A stretch of DNA of 64,000 bases from assembly GCA_965113315.1 (NCBI GenBank), contig OZ220364.1, one strand, 5' to 3'. Made by a program: the position numbers and the translations under genes. Of the stretch, positions 1-15,100 are shown one piece after another. The stretch comes from Podarcis vaucheri (lineage: Eukaryota). The first letter of the stretch is position 1; every line of letters starts with the position of its first letter. The notes beneath the pieces are model-generated. The model was not told the origin of the DNA and searched no databases. It was given only the letters and a program-made list of their open reading frames with translations.

Positions 1-734
1 ATATTTTTAAAGAAAGGCAATCCTGACGTCTTTCTTCTTATACAGCAGCAAAGAATAGGGGATTTATGTTGATGATTCTTGGAAATCAGTCACAAATATT
101 CAGCCTGGTAGCTACCCAAAGTAGAGAGGAGAAATATCAGGTGCTGGTTTACTTGGCAGATACCTCCAGTATTGGAAGTGCATGCATCTGAATATCAGGT
201 GCTGGGGAGAGTGCTGTTGTGCTTAAAGCTGGTTACTGTGAGAAAATTACACTTCTTATATTCTTGGCTTTGTCAGCTGGAAGAAAGTATTTTAGCTCCA
301 CTGAATCCAATGCTATCCTCAATGTGCTGCACAATCTCCATATAGACCAAATGCTTAACAATTTGCTTGATCAAACAAACAAAAACCATACTACAGAGAT
401 CACTATCCATGTTGCATTCTTATTAGCAAAAGGTGTGAAGCAAAGCGACAATTTCCCTGAAACCCATATGTTGTAGTTCTGAAATCACTGTAACCACTGT
501 TAAATAAAACAACAAAACCAAGTGTGGAATGAACACCAGCAAGTTATCACCTAACACGTTTTGCCTTTTGCTGATGTCTGCATAATATTTACTAATGTTA
601 CAATAGAATTAGAGAGGGAAATGCAACAGCTGAAGCAGAAAGTGTGAAATTGGACTGGAAATCAATGATTCAGAAACAAAATGGATTATTGGAGACTTCA
701 TAACACTGGTCCTAAGCGGCTAACAAATTATTCT

Positions 735-1030
735 GAAGGCCAGTTTAGGGTGCTTTGCTGCCACATCTAAAGCCCCAAGGGACCTGGAGGCCAAATACCT
801 GAAGGAACACTTCCTTCTCTATCAGCCTACCAGGTCATTAACATCTGTAGCGGAGGTCACATTTATGCTTCCATCACCAAGTGAAGGATAGGGGGTTGTG
901 GTACATAAGGCCTTCTTGGTGGTGGTTCCTCACCTATGGGATGACTTCCTCCCTGCTGACACACATATTGCACCAATATTATCTGCTGGGTCGACAAGTG
1001 AAGACACAGCTCTTTGCCCAGGCTTTTGAG
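735..1030 (+). mobile_element. Degraded L2 3' fragment (another at about 22470-22630)
   Basis: Similar to the 17.5-kb L2 end: AAAGCCC...TACCTGAAGGA...GCCTTCTTGGTGGTGG...AAGACACAGCTCTTTGCCCAGGCTTTTG. Confidence 0.65.
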
Positions 1031-3021
1031 AGGGGGTTAGGCACACTTTTGGAAACTGCAAAAAGGCAGGCAGAATAGGGAATTCTTAACAGAATAAAGT
1101 AATTACCTGATGATGAACTATCTCACTGAAAAGATACCCCTATGATCTATGGTGTGAATGATGTACAAAATATTTCTTCATTATCATGAAGAAATGTGAC
1201 TGCACATGAGTATAACAGATCGATATAGACCAGCTTTGGTTCCAAGAACTGGTGTACAAGTCACACTACATGGCCTTCTAGCAAGGCTTCTGCCTCAGAG
1301 TGGATTTTCAGGGATCAAAATGCCTTGGGCAAACCTAAAATGTACTGAACTGATCCAAATACAGTTTTTTTCCTTTTCATCTGTAATGTAAACATGCTCC
1401 AGGCAGAACAGAATGGTGTGACATCAACTTGTATCACATTTGCAGAAGAAAGAATGACTAACACTGAGATACAGATATTCAATAGCGTCTGTTAGGGAAG
1501 GACGAAAGATGGATGCAAGTCACAAAGAATGGCATACTGAATCTCAGGAGTATGAAATGCATATGCCGATTATTGTGCAACATCTCATACACACCGAGTT
1601 CTTTATATTTAAAAAACATAGTTAATTTTATTTTAATCATATATGTGTGTGTAAATCAGAAACCATGCAGAGATTCACCTTAGCTCTTTATTCAAGTACC
1701 CGAGAGAGTGGTCTCTGACCCCATGAGAGTCAGAGAGTCCTCTGCCGACATGTAGACTTCAAAAGATTTTTATGCATAGTCACGTGAAGTACAGGGTTCA
1801 CTTCCTTAAAATTAAATGGAAGGTACAAGCAAAAGTTTCAACATGTTTCAATTTTTTTTGAAAGAAACTGTTTACCCTGCGTAGCGATACTTCCCTGTTC
1901 TAGGCAGCTTGTGGTTACATGTGAAAGCAAAACATTGCAAATGCTTGTTCTAGTAGCTAAGCGGTGAGCTTTACCATTTTTTCTGTACCCTGCTTCTCAA
2001 CCAGGTCAGAGTCTATCATGTTTTAATCCTAAATCCCCAACCAAACTTATAGATTTCTCTAACAATGCATGCACATACACATAGATATACAGACCCAACA
2101 TCCAAATAGTGTTTTGTTAATAAAAACTAGAAAAGGTAGCAAAGTTTTTGCTTTTGGAAGAAACAAGAAACACTTTGGAAATCCAGATAGAGCCACTGTC
2201 ACAAGCATACAATATTTCTGCTTTCTCGTCTGTCTTGCTATAAATACAGAATGTCAGGCTTTTTTCTGTTTTAAAGTAGGATCTCTTGCTAATCAAAAAT
2301 CTAAACAAAATGTGAGCAACTGAAAGCCTGCAAATGCAGTACAAATTTATGTCTTCTCTTTGGGTATGCAGCTTCTATCTTTGGAAGTACCATTGCCAAT
2401 TACAAAGCCTTCCAAAGCTTCCAAGTTTTTGCTACAAGGTAAGTGACCGCAAGCTGACCACCAAAGTAATGCAGTTATATCATAAATTTTAATGTCATTC
2501 TACAGCCATCTTACAGCTTCCATACCTTCTGGTCATTACAAATTATAAAATAGCTGAAGACAACACCCAGAGAACCCATTTGGTCCCCCAGAGTGATTAT
2601 GGTAAATGTGCACAACCTCTTACAGCTGGGCAAGGAATGAGACAACATCAGATCATCAGCTTTGATTATTTACAATCGGATACACTGCAAGCTGCCACTC
2701 ATATACATAGATCCCCAGTCTTCAAGGATTTACAGAGGCACCCCAAGCCTGTTTACTACAAAGCAAATCGCACTGTTTCAATGTGGCTTACTCCCACCTG
2801 AGTGCTCGCAGATTTGCCGTTTGATACTTTAACCACTAGTCCTGTTATAAAGCTAAAACTGGTTTCAGTTTCATTGCTTGTAACAGTTCACACCAAACTG
2901 CCTTTTGCTACAAACATGAACAAGCACTGTGAAATATATTATTTCACCTCCAGCACTCAATGTCAAGCTCTCACTCTCAGTTTTTCACAATTAAAAAAAA
3001 ATTAAGTTAGTAAGTACTTAC

Positions 3022-3170
3022 AAATTTCAGCATGTTCCAGTCAAATACATAGTCATAGGAGAAGCCTTGTCTGTGGAAGAGGTTTCTGAATAATTGCCTT
3101 AGATATGAATAATCCGGTTTGTCATCAAAACGCAACGAGCGGCAAAAATTCAGGTACGTAGCAAATTCAG
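3022..3170 (-). CDS. CSNK1D: CSNK1D coding exon 6 (149 nt)
   Basis: [49 protein letters not shown]; donor TTT|GTAAGT. Confidence 0.96.
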
Positions 3171-6100
3171 CTGAAAATAAATGAGAAATCCTGATGATAT
3201 TATCGTAAAGTCAGTGCAAACAACAATATCCAGCACAGATTCATCAGCTCATCTGCTTTCCAAAGTACTGGCTCAATGCTTCTCATAGTAACCAAGGTGA
3301 CAGAACCGTGAACTGCTTTTCCCATATGTAATCGGGAAATGATATGCTTTTTTTCACATGCAGCACAATCCTTCATGACTGTCAATGTATCACCATCAGG
3401 GAAATTACTAGGCTACAACGGCAGAGGCAACCTGCAGAGGAGTGTAGAGAGCCCTATTCTAGTCCACAGTGGTATAAACAATAGAAAGATTAAGTATGGT
3501 ACAAAGTTTAGCAGGTTGCTGAACTAGGATCTGGCAGATCAGGGTTAAAATCCCTATTCAAGCTATGAAGCTGTGTGACTTTGGGCCAGTCACTGTCTCT
3601 CAGTCAAAGCTGTCTCACAAGGTTGCTGTGAGGATTAAAAGAACACAATCATGTATGCCACCTGAGTTCCTTGGAGGAAAAGTGCAATATAACTGTAATT
3701 CATAAATGCAATAAAACAAAACAAAGAGATATATATTTCTTTTTAAAGAAATAAAATGCAGCCCCTCCCTTTTTAGCAATGACTGGTATCTTATGCACTG
3801 TGAGTGCACATGTGCTAACGCTAACTGAACATGTAACTCATTTGTTCATCATGGTAAGCTGCTCATTGAATACCAAACATTGTAGACAAGAGAAAAATCC
3901 ATACATATACAGCACCTTGGAAAGATGGGAGCACTAAAAAAAGGGGGGGGGGTTGAAGTTGTTTACAAAGCAGCCAAACAACATACCTTCATTTAACTAT
4001 TAAATGAAATTTTAACCAAATAAGAAGGAAGAGTTAATACATACAAATAAGAGCTAGAATATTTTCTAAGATAGAGAGGTTAACAGAAAATGTAACATCA
4101 AGTTAATGTAAGTTCCACTGAAGAGTTAGCTTTGAACTCAATACTGAAGACATCTATTTCAGAGAATAAACTTACAAGGGTATCCTTTACACAAAACCTC
4201 AATGGGTGTGGACATTTTCTTTTCACTGATGCGTTCATATTTCTGTCTTTTTGTAGCTGCCTTCAATCCCTGCCAGGGGAGGGAGCCCAGGTTAAAATAC
4301 ATGAGTACATAGCCCAAGGACTCCAAGTCATCTCTGCGAGATTGTTCTACAAGGAGTAGAAGAGTGGAGCCATTAGGTTCTATCATCTGGTGAAATGGTT
4401 CAAATATGCTTAAAGCAAAAATTACACAACAAAGATCTTACCTGCAAGAAAAACATTGTTAAATAGTTAATTTCAACCTTGCCAATAAAATCAGTATGGA
4501 AAAATGGTTTACTCTTACAATTATCCAACAATTATTCCTAAAGAATCCCATACTGGAAACTGTTCAAGTGGCCATATAGGTCCATACCACAATAGAAATA
4601 CAGAATCATTCACCCACAACACTTGCAGATCAACCAGGGTTTTACAGCTTTGAGCGTAAAGGCAACCATGATTTAGTTGCTTCTGGCTCCTTCCTGCCCC
4701 AAATCCTCTGAATTGAAGAGAGAAGGTGGATCTTATTTCATTTTGCTTGAAACTTTTACAGTCTCTGAATGCTGCTCTTGCCATGCTAGTGTGAGGAGAC
4801 CTCTCCCCATCATCCCCTGAAATTCACGGAGAACTCTGGGGGAGGGGTGCAAAGACATCTGTGGAGCCCTGCAATCAACCAAGGCAATCCAAGCCACAGT
4901 GCCAAGAAGAGACATACTGCAGAAAGCTGCTAACGATGATTCACACCACTGAGCCAAGTTGCAAGCTTAGCCACAATTTCTTGACACAGGCTGCAGTGAA
5001 AGACACAGTGTTCTCCAACCCATATCTCTCAGGACTATAATCTTCTTTATGGTAAAGTTCTTTGTTGTTGTGCCATTGGAAACAGCTTCTAGCAAGGCAA
5101 GTTTTATGTCTGCATGCAAGTGGAGGCAAACAGAAACAAAACAAATCCTGAGATAACTTTTACAAGCTTGACCTGAAGGGAAATTTCTTCTCAATCCCAT
5201 ATATGGTAGTCTGACCCCAAGAAAAAATCTACCAAGCTATCCCAGTGGAAGTTTATTGGATGAAACACTCCCAACATCTTGTTTGAGGCTGTCACATGCA
5301 TTAGAGAGCATGACCATTTGATTTGTTTCACTGATGCACTTACAGCGCAATCCTAACAACATCTATTCAGAAATAAGTCCTACTGGATTCAACAGGGCTC
5401 ACTCCCAGATCAAAGCCCCCTCTTTTCAATGGTAGCCAGAACAATTTATTTTATCCAGATGTCTTATTGTATGAACACTCCTACAACAATAACCAAAATA
5501 ATCTGCTACCAGCTCACCAATTCCAAGATGAGTGTTGATAGAGGCATAGCGGGCAGTTCCTGTTAAATTTTTATTTTCACGATATGGAATGTGCTGGTGC
5601 GTTCGAGCATCCCGATATTTCTTGGCCAGCCCAAAATCTATGATGTAGACAAGATTGCCCTTCTTGCCTAATCCCATCAGGAAGTTGTCAGGCTTTACAT
5701 CTCGGTGGATGAAGTTCTTCGAATGAATGTATTCTATTCGGCTAATCTAATTGCAGAAAGGCATAATTTCAGAATTACAGCATATAAAACCTTTCAAAAA
5801 CAACCAGCTGCTCCTTTATCTTGGGCTTTAATATTAAAATCCTACTTTGATAACGTTTAAGCTTAAAAGCCATTTGCTTGCTTTATTATGCCTGAATATT
5901 TATTCTACTTAACTCCCTTTTTAAAATACCACAAGCCAGTTTAACTTGTTTCTAACTGTGCAACTGTACACATGACAACTAGGAAGTAAGTCTAATTAAG
6001 ATCAATAGGAGTTACTGCCAGGTACGTGTGTATAAGATTGCAGCCTAAGTGGCTTTCCTCCTGGGTCTTTTGATGAAGCAAGAATTAATGTCTTAACTGG

Positions 6101-9100
6101 ATCTCACTTTGGGCACTGACAGGGTGACATCCCCCCCCCACAAAAAGAGCTGTGTAGGGATCCTGAGGGACATCTAGTCCAACACTCTGCAATGCAGAAA
6201 TCTCAACTAGAGCTTACATGACAGATGGCCATCCAACATCTGCTTAAAAACCTCCAAGGATCTTCAACTAGGTAAGATTGAGTTTTGGCTCTAAAGATTT
6301 TGCTGTAACAGCAGTACTACTACATTAGACCAATAGTTGCCTCCAAGGCTGAAGCCAGAGCGCCCTTGGCATAGTGCCAACAATGAGCCCTCACTATATC
6401 TACTTCCAATCAGGTCATGGCCCAATCCTACCTATAGACCTACAAAATCAGTAAGGCAAGACAATATACTCTGAGTAACTTCAAAATGGCAGGTGACCAC
6501 TGAAGGTGAAAGGTAAGCTTGGCTCCTATTTAAAAGCAGAAGCACTGTGTACTGCTGAAAAATATTGGTGGGTCCATCAGGGAAGATGGTGAATGGTGCT
6601 GCGGCTGGTCCAGGGAGGGGCTCTCTTCCAAGCCCCTGGGAGCCTCAGCCAGTGCTCAAACTGTGTGACTACTGACCCTGGCGTCATCTAGCACCATTGC
6701 TATATCATTTCAGTGCCACTTGCTTGCATAAAGCATGGTTTCCAGATGCTTCAAATGGTAGCAGTACACATAACTGGAATATTTATGGTCCTGCTGTTTT
6801 ACTTCAACCTTTCTGAACTTAAGGGTTTAAAAATGGACACACATACAGACATCCTAATAGCCATTAGAAAATATATTATTCACGGACATATTTAGTTCTT
6901 ATTGTCTTCTATGTCTGTGCAGAAATACAAACCAAGAATGTCTTCACACTTATTTTGGAAGAACAATTCACAAGTTGATTTATATAACATTTTCAGGAAG
7001 TTATGTATTATGCATAAACTGGCCAATTTTTTGTGGCAGCAAAGTTTTAAATACATATAGGCTCAGATTCTGCAACTTGATCCTAACATAAAGTTGAAGA
7101 ATCTGTAAAACTTGATGTGTTGACTGTTGTTACCCCTTGAGGGAAAGATTAGCTTTTAAAATAATTGCAAACCCTCATGTCAAGAGATAGATAAGGAATG
7201 TAGCCTAACACACTAGAAACGGGTGAATGCTTTAGAATCCAGCCCAACAGCCACTAACTACACAGCCTCTCTTTGCAACCCTGAGAACAATCCATTTTGG
7301 AAAAAGTATGTATTTTAAAGAAGCACAAGCATGTTTCCCACTGCAGCTAAATTGGTCTGATTCACACTGGCAAAAATAACTTTAAAAGCATTATTTGTAC
7401 TGGACACATCTTATTTTCTGGTATATGAAGAGAATAGCTTAAGTGGTAGGCTTTCTACCTGCCCTCTGAAAGAAAGGAGTCCCAAATTTTGTTCCATATA
7501 AGACAATTATTTATAGAATGCAGAGAGGATTTAAGGAAGCCCTCCTACCCAATAATCAAGACATGCAAAGATTTTAATACCATTTGGTCAGCAAGTAAAA
7601 GGACTGTCTTGAGGCTGAATTTTCTTGAACAGAAGTTAAAGAGATCTTCAAGGCTTGGTCCCAACAACTCCATCACCATTACATTGTAGTCACCTTCAGC
7701 ACCGCACCATTTGATTGTGGGAATGCCCACTAGAAAAAAGGGGAAAAATTACTATAGTATTTTGTGAAAACAGAAGGTATCTGCACAAAATATGTATGAC
7801 ACACCCACAGATTATTATCTAAATTACAGCACATTTTTCTTCCTGAAAAATGTATGCATTTGGGGGGGAGGAGATGGGGGAAGAGACTGGAACTGGAGGA
7901 AGGTCCTGGAACACCTTGTATAGATGTGCTTCCAATGGGATGTGATCTTCTCCTTCTATCTAAGTACAAGTACTCCCTATTAAGAAGCCAAAAGGAAGGG
8001 AAAGACCATTGTTGTGCTATGAATCCTAACTATCAGGCGTCAAATTAGTCTACAGTAGCTATGAATACTCAGAATTCAACAAATATTTTATAGCATATTT
8101 GTATATGAAATTTTAAATCTGTGCTGTTTAACCTGGGCTCAGAAATTATGAGGTTCCCTTGGTTACAGCTTCAGAAGATTCCCCCCAAATAAGTTCTGAG
8201 AGTTGCTCAATTCTTTCACCACTACCTGCATTCCCCACTCTGACTGATATTACTATGTCATAATTCTAGGTAATTAAAGCTAGAAGATCAGAATAAAGAA
8301 CACTTTAAACAAGAGATGGGTAACCTCTGACCCTCCAGGTGTTGTTGGACTCCAAGTTGCATCAGCTCTGGCTAGCAAGGTGATTGGCAGGGGATAATGA
8401 GAGATGTAGTCCAGAAACATTGATTTCCCACCCCTACTTTAAAATAATCTGAATCATGCAAGCAGCTGGCTCAGTGGTTACCAGCACAGAGCGGAACTGT
8501 GCCAGGTCTGCATTTGGCTTCTCTCTCCAGCATTGCAAGATTGTATGAGTAAGAGCACATATATTTATGCATCATCTAGAGTAACACAATGCAGAACTGT
8601 AATAATATCTGCTGAACCCCATCTCCAGAGTATATTTGCCTAACTTGGGGAAGGCACATTCAGGTACTCTGCAATGGACAATGCTACTCATCCGAAATGA
8701 GTAGCAAATTACAAGACTTGCAAGAACTATGCCCATGTAGTTAACTGTTGTCAGTTAACAGATCCACACTCAAGGTTATAGCAAAACAAATGTAATAATT
8801 TTTGTGCCTCTGAAACTATAAAAAGCAGTTTGCAATTACTGAGAAAAAGTATAGGTCCAAACAAGAAAGCTTCTCACGAAGTTCAAGAGTGAAATGGTAT
8901 CTTGCCTATATGGTATCACATGCAAAGACCATGCCTTTAAGTAAAATGATTTGCCCAGTTTTAAGATTGTCAAACCAGGATTGACACTACTGTCAGAACA
9001 TAATTTCAATAATATATATATATATATCTCATTTGTGTGATTGAAAACCTCTCATGTTCATGATCTACAGTTCAAGAGTTCCTTTCTTTTAACATTACAA

Positions 9101-12100
9101 CTCAGAAATATGTCACAGATAAACAACAACTTGATTTGCATTTAAGTAATGAGCAGACAGGTTGAGGTAGTGTTGGTAATCCAGGGGCTCAGAGGGTAAC
9201 TCTTAGTGAAGCAATTGTTTGTCAGCCTCACAACCCCCTGTGTAAACAAGAGCCCACCTTATTAGAACACTGAGAATGAAGACTAAAACTGAAGTCCCAC
9301 CCATACTTACTTAGGATTAAAGACTCAATGAACTCAGTGCTACTCTTATTTCTAAGAAAGCACATTTAGGATTCTACTGCTGTAGCTCCCTAATGCAGGG
9401 CAGGAAGGTAACCATGAAATCACTTGTGCACATATGCAGTGCTATCTGCCTTCTTCAGTTTATAGCTAGAACATTAGTACCCATATGACTTATCAGCACA
9501 GATAATTTTTACCTCCACCCTGCATCATTTTGTAAATTTTGCTTTCTATATGGAGTTGAGGATGTTTGGTTTTCACACATTCTAATTTGATGGCAACCTC
9601 TTCTCCAGCAGCAATGTCAGTCCCTAAAGGAGAGAAGCAAACACAACTTCAAAATCCAAGACTATCAAACATGAACTAACCAAAGGAATTGCTTATACAC
9701 CCTGGCAATGTGTGTAACAGTTGCTGGCATCACAAGGTAGTTGTACGGAATAACCAAGAAGGGGGGTGAACCATGCAAGCCTTGGAGAAAAAGGTGGAGA
9801 TGTCAGTCGCCAACCTGGCATCTAGAGATCTCCACGTGGTTCCAATTGTACCCACATCAGGAGCAAAATGCGCCTGGTGCCTAGCTAATTTCTAACACTG
9901 CATGTGCATTCCCCTCATGCTTTTGAACTGATATAACTTGCATTGGTAGTGTCACCTATACATTACAGGCAGCCCTGTTTACACATGTTCAATATGTGTA
10001 TGACCCAGAAATGTCATAAAGACATCAGTGAAATATCTCTAAAAGGGTGGAACACGGGCAGGGCAGAGGTGGAATGGTGTGTTTGAAGGCTTTTCCAATG
10101 GGTTTTAATTATACACAATTTCACTGATGCATGCGGTGCCCGGGAACATAACCCACGCGTAAACAGGATACAATCTAGGCAAACTTAAGCCCATTTAAGT
10201 TCAAGTGATTTCACAGTGGGTTGTACCCAAGGGTGTCTGCAAGTGAGCAGAACAGATTTCCTCTTGTGCAACTGGACTTTTCTTTTCTCCCTCCTGCAGT
10301 TCCCATGCCATATACCCTCAAAAACTGCTTTGGAGGTTTGGGGGGGGGGGGTCTCCAGAGAAACCTAGGGTGTGCACAGCTGGCTGCAGGGGGGAAAGAT
10401 AAGAAGATGAAGTCCTGTCCACAAGCCCATTCACACATTAGCTCTCCATCAAAATCAATGGGACATAAGGGCTCTAAAATGATGGTTAAGATTCTACATT
10501 CATCTGTTGTGTGCAAAAGTAATTCCTTAATTTATAACCAATGATTTCAATTGGTTTCTTATTACTCAATTCCTCAGTATCCACTAAGTTGTTTTGTAAT
10601 GCAGCATGTACTGTACTACAGTATCATGAGCACCTGCAGATTATGTCCTATTTAATATACACAAGTCAAAGGGAATTTATTTATTTCATAAAATTTATAC
10701 ACCACTTGATTGTAAAAAACCTCAAAGCAGTTTACAAAAGATAAAATAGCAAAATCAAGGAAATTTCACAACCATACTTAAAAACATATAAAAGTTAAAA
10801 TGCTAAAGCAGACTGAAATTACCTCAACTTTCTAAGCATCGGGGTAGGCTTGTTTAAACAAAAACATTTTTAGCAGGTACCAGAAAGAGTACAGTGAAGG
10901 CACCTGCTTGATCTCAATAGGGAGGGAATTCCAAAGTGTAGGCACTGCCACACTAAACAATCACATTCTTACATGAAAAATGTTGATGTATGTTTTTAGC
11001 TTATAGTTGATTTTATCTTTCAAATGTTTTATAGAGCTGTTTTTACTGATAATTTTATTGTTTTATTCCCTTTGTAAACTACTTTGAGGTTTTTGTTAAC
11101 AATTAAGTGGTACACATAAATTTTATGAAATAAATAAACAAGCATGGTAGGGCTGTAATTAACAAAGAAAAATAGTCTACTTTCAGTCTCATCTAAGACT
11201 GGGAGCAGACGAAATGCAAGAGGAGAGAGAACTTACGAATCTAAGGCATGCCTTTAAGCTGATAAGGACATTCCACGCTCGTGAATAGGCAGGCCCACAT
11301 GCATACAAGACACAGGAAATGTCAATGGCAAGCGACGGATTGCACACAGCACAATGACTTCTCCAGGTTCACATCTTGATTTAGCTGAGCCTTCTGGTTT
11401 AAAACACTGTCTCCCCTTTCTAAACATGATTTTATTTGGAAGGCTCTTGCATGTAGCACCAGTGTTTCACATACAGACTACATTATACACATAATGATTT
11501 TGGCTAAGAGAGTGAGGTTAATATCTGAGGTAACAAGGGATTAACCTTTTTTAACCAGAATGAATGCAACAGTAGTGTTACAATATACAACTTGGTTTTA
11601 GGTACAGTCATACCTCGTTACGTTTGCTTCATGTTACGTCCCGCAGCGACCCGGAAGTACCGGAAAGGGTTACTTCTGGGTTTCGCCACTCGCGCATGCA
11701 CACAAGCGCCAAATCGCGCCGCGCACCTGCACAGATACGGCGCTTCAGGTTGTGCTCTTTTCATGTTGTGAACGGGCCTCCGGAATGGATCGCATTCGCA
11801 ACCAGATGTACCACTGTATATGAAGACTGTGACATGGTGTGCACACACATTGTGCATGCATGCACTCTCTCACGCAGGGAGTCGTCTTTAACATGTCCCA
11901 TATTAAGCCTTCTATATTGTACTTATATAGGGGAGAACTAGGAAGAAGTATGCTGCTTAAAAGGGTCAAGCCATTTTACTGCATATTATCTTTAGAACAG
12001 TACATAAAATATTAACTCCACTAAGCAAAAACCACAGGCCATAAGCAATTTGTTCTTTATTCACTTAAGAAGGGGCTCAGCTGCAACCATGCACAGTTAG

Positions 12101-15100
12101 GTACAGATTCCTGAGCAAGGAAGCTTCTCTTAGGTAAGCACATTTTCTGCCAAAAAAAGTTTCTAGTGACTGGGCAACATTTCACAATTCTTAAGAAAAC
12201 AGAAGCTGGCTAAAGGTCAAATTCTGGGATAAGTATCATGTCTATGTAAGATATATTTCACCAAATGAAGTTGTTAGCTATGTTTTCAAATTAATGCACA
12301 ATACTAATTTGCCATGGGACTCGCAGCTTCTGCTACAATAGGAGGAGTTGGGATCTTCCTGACTAAGAAGTGGCAAAAACTACTTCTGTTGTAAAAGGAA
12401 TCCACACCAATGAAAAACCAAAAACCTCAAGATCTTCCTATCAGACATCAACATTTATTTTATGACTAGCAGAAGCTGAGAAACCCCTACATCTCCTATC
12501 TAGAGACAGAACTTTGCACTGGATTATCTGGAATACCTACTTACAGCCTCAAACTAAGTAACAAAGGCCAACTGACCTCTACAACATATACAAAGAAATA
12601 ACAGCATTGGTCTTGCTGATGCAGCAGAGTAACATTGATAGTGCGAGCTATACTTCCATACATTAAAAAGCTGTTCCAGAAGAACTCAACTCAAGGATTC
12701 CTAGGATCTACTTTTCAATACAATATGGAAGTTGTTACAGAGCAAAGATGACTATTCACCAAAGCTATTAGGCAATATCCAACTGTTGTGTTCTGCTTGT
12801 GCAACCGATTCCCCCTTCCTCTCTTCTCTGAAGTCCCCTGGGTGACCCCCAACCCAAAATCTGTTCTGGAGGGTTAGGGACCTCTCCACAAACTGAGAAG
12901 ATTGGAAGGCATGAGTGACAGCAGAACAGCTAAGAGCAAGTCCCATCATTCCATGGGGGCAACAATGGATCTTGTGTTGGGAAGATTTTGTAACATACCA
13001 ATACTCTAAGTGAGCACAAATGTTTCTTCAGTATAGCTTCATTGTATTGTACCTACAAGGGCTGCTTTGGAAATCATTGGTGAGAGGGCAAGGTATCTAT
13101 CTATCTTTTAAATACATAAAGGAGTATGGGAAATATTCTTACAAGAGACCAATGCTTAACTATGGTTTAACACAACTGACCAACGTGCTCGTGTTCACTG
13201 CTCAGGAGTCCCTGCTTCATTTTTCACATGTTCCTTGCTACAACAAGCTACAAGCCTTGGACTGTTGTGCTGCCTATACCTGGGCTCAAAGTTTGTTTCC
13301 CCCAAACAAACCATGAGTAGTAAGGTAAGAATAAACCTTGGCTACCTCTTATAATTTGTTCGGAGAGAAACAAACCACAATATCTGGTCTGAATATACAA
13401 GTCAAAGCTTGTGCCTTATTGCTCCCAGAGCAGTATAGCCAACAGCAAGGGACGAACAAAGCAGGAAGCTTTGATCAGCAGGCACCCACTACTAATTTGC
13501 AATAAACTGTGGTTAAACATTAAATATGCTTTATTGCGACGTGAAAACCAGTTCACTTATAGGCATCAAAGACTTGACTGTGTTAGGGGAAGTCCCAGAA
13601 TTAGACATTTGGGTAGATTTTCTCTTTCTTTCAAGGATTACAATGGTTAAACATTTAACCATCTTCAGTGCTTTGTTTTAAGCTACTCTCTGTTGTTTCA
13701 CAAGTATGACAATTTAAAGACTCATTATTTGGATGCTGATATTCTAACGAATTGCATACACATGGCCAAAATATGTATGTGCTTAATACCTATTTGACAC
13801 ACCATCTTTATATATAGGCTACAGATGCCTGCAGCCTCTCTTGTACATAATTCTCAAAATGAAAATAATCAAATAGGTAGCTCCTCCTCACATAAACTAG
13901 AAACATCTGCCTGATATTTGACAGCCAGATGGACTATGTTATTAAGAACAAGACTAAAACAACTCTTCTGATTATATACAAAGTTTCCTAACCTGCACAA
14001 CGACTTTAACTACTGCTCCCATAGGTGGAGCTGCCACAGCACGACCTTTCTCCTTCTGGGGCCGCACCCTTATATATAGCTCCAAAATAACTGCTGTACT
14101 TCATAACTCTCAGATAGCTAATGATCCTGTAGTGTAGAGAAATACCTTAAAACTGTTCTCAAGTAGCTTTATCAGTAGGCCAAAACCAATACCAAGGATG
14201 GTGACACTAAGATTCTAGAAAACTGCATTCCCACAATCTTTGAAAACAGATGTCCAGTTTTAGAGTACAATGATTCAAAACTAAAGTGCTAGTTGTTCTC
14301 ATCTGCCCCCCCCAACAGTGAAGAACAAAGAAGTACACAAGTTATTTAATGTTATTAACACATCCATATTCTAAAGGCCAGCCATGCACTGAAGCAGATT
14401 TCAAGAGGGTGGGGACCCTCTCAATTAACAAGAATTAAGAAGGCTTCACAACTGGTCTCACTGCTCCTGACATGCATAAATTAGTGTATTTTTAAACGCA
14501 GGAGCTCAGACTTGGATTGACTTACACCCTTGTATAGATAGCAGCATGCACAGTCAGCAATCCCATTACAGCCACTCAATGCATACTGCAATGCATAGGC
14601 ATATGCCTTTGCAGGATTGAACCATTAACTATTTGCGAGCATCAGTTTCATCTATCAGATTTTTTTCCCTGGCTTACCTTTGCATAAAGCCTATGAATTT
14701 GAAAGGCGACACCTAGACTAGCTTACAACATACAAAATGCAGGAGAAAATCCACATCATCCCTCAGGGTCTATTAAAGATTTATTACCAAAGATGTAAGT
14801 TAGCAGGCCTCTGGCTCAGGTTCACAGTTACACTGCCATCAAAATTAGGGGACTAAGCTGAAAATAACCAGGTGTGCCTTAGTTCCAGAAAGCAGCGCAA
14901 AACCTGTAATTTCTCCCCATGTGACAATTCAGCTAAAAGCTATAGCAGACATGACAAGTGACAAAAGGAGAAGAGTTACTCTGCAAAAAATAACCTAAAC
15001 CTAGGCAATTATCTCTTTCAAACCAGGCTACTTCCTGGAAGCCTCACAGTAAACAACTCCATCTGAGTATTATTAATTTTTCTTCACCGACAGCTGGTGC

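Noticed and set aside
1108-1200. C-box-like TGATGA and CTGA motifs suggesting a snoRNA
   Set aside because: They are antisense to the host gene, badly spaced, and lack a terminal stem.
1-3021. Search for CSNK1D C-terminal tail exons
   Set aside because: No segment encoding the expected GASRAA...ERERR tail was found; these exons probably lie outside the window.
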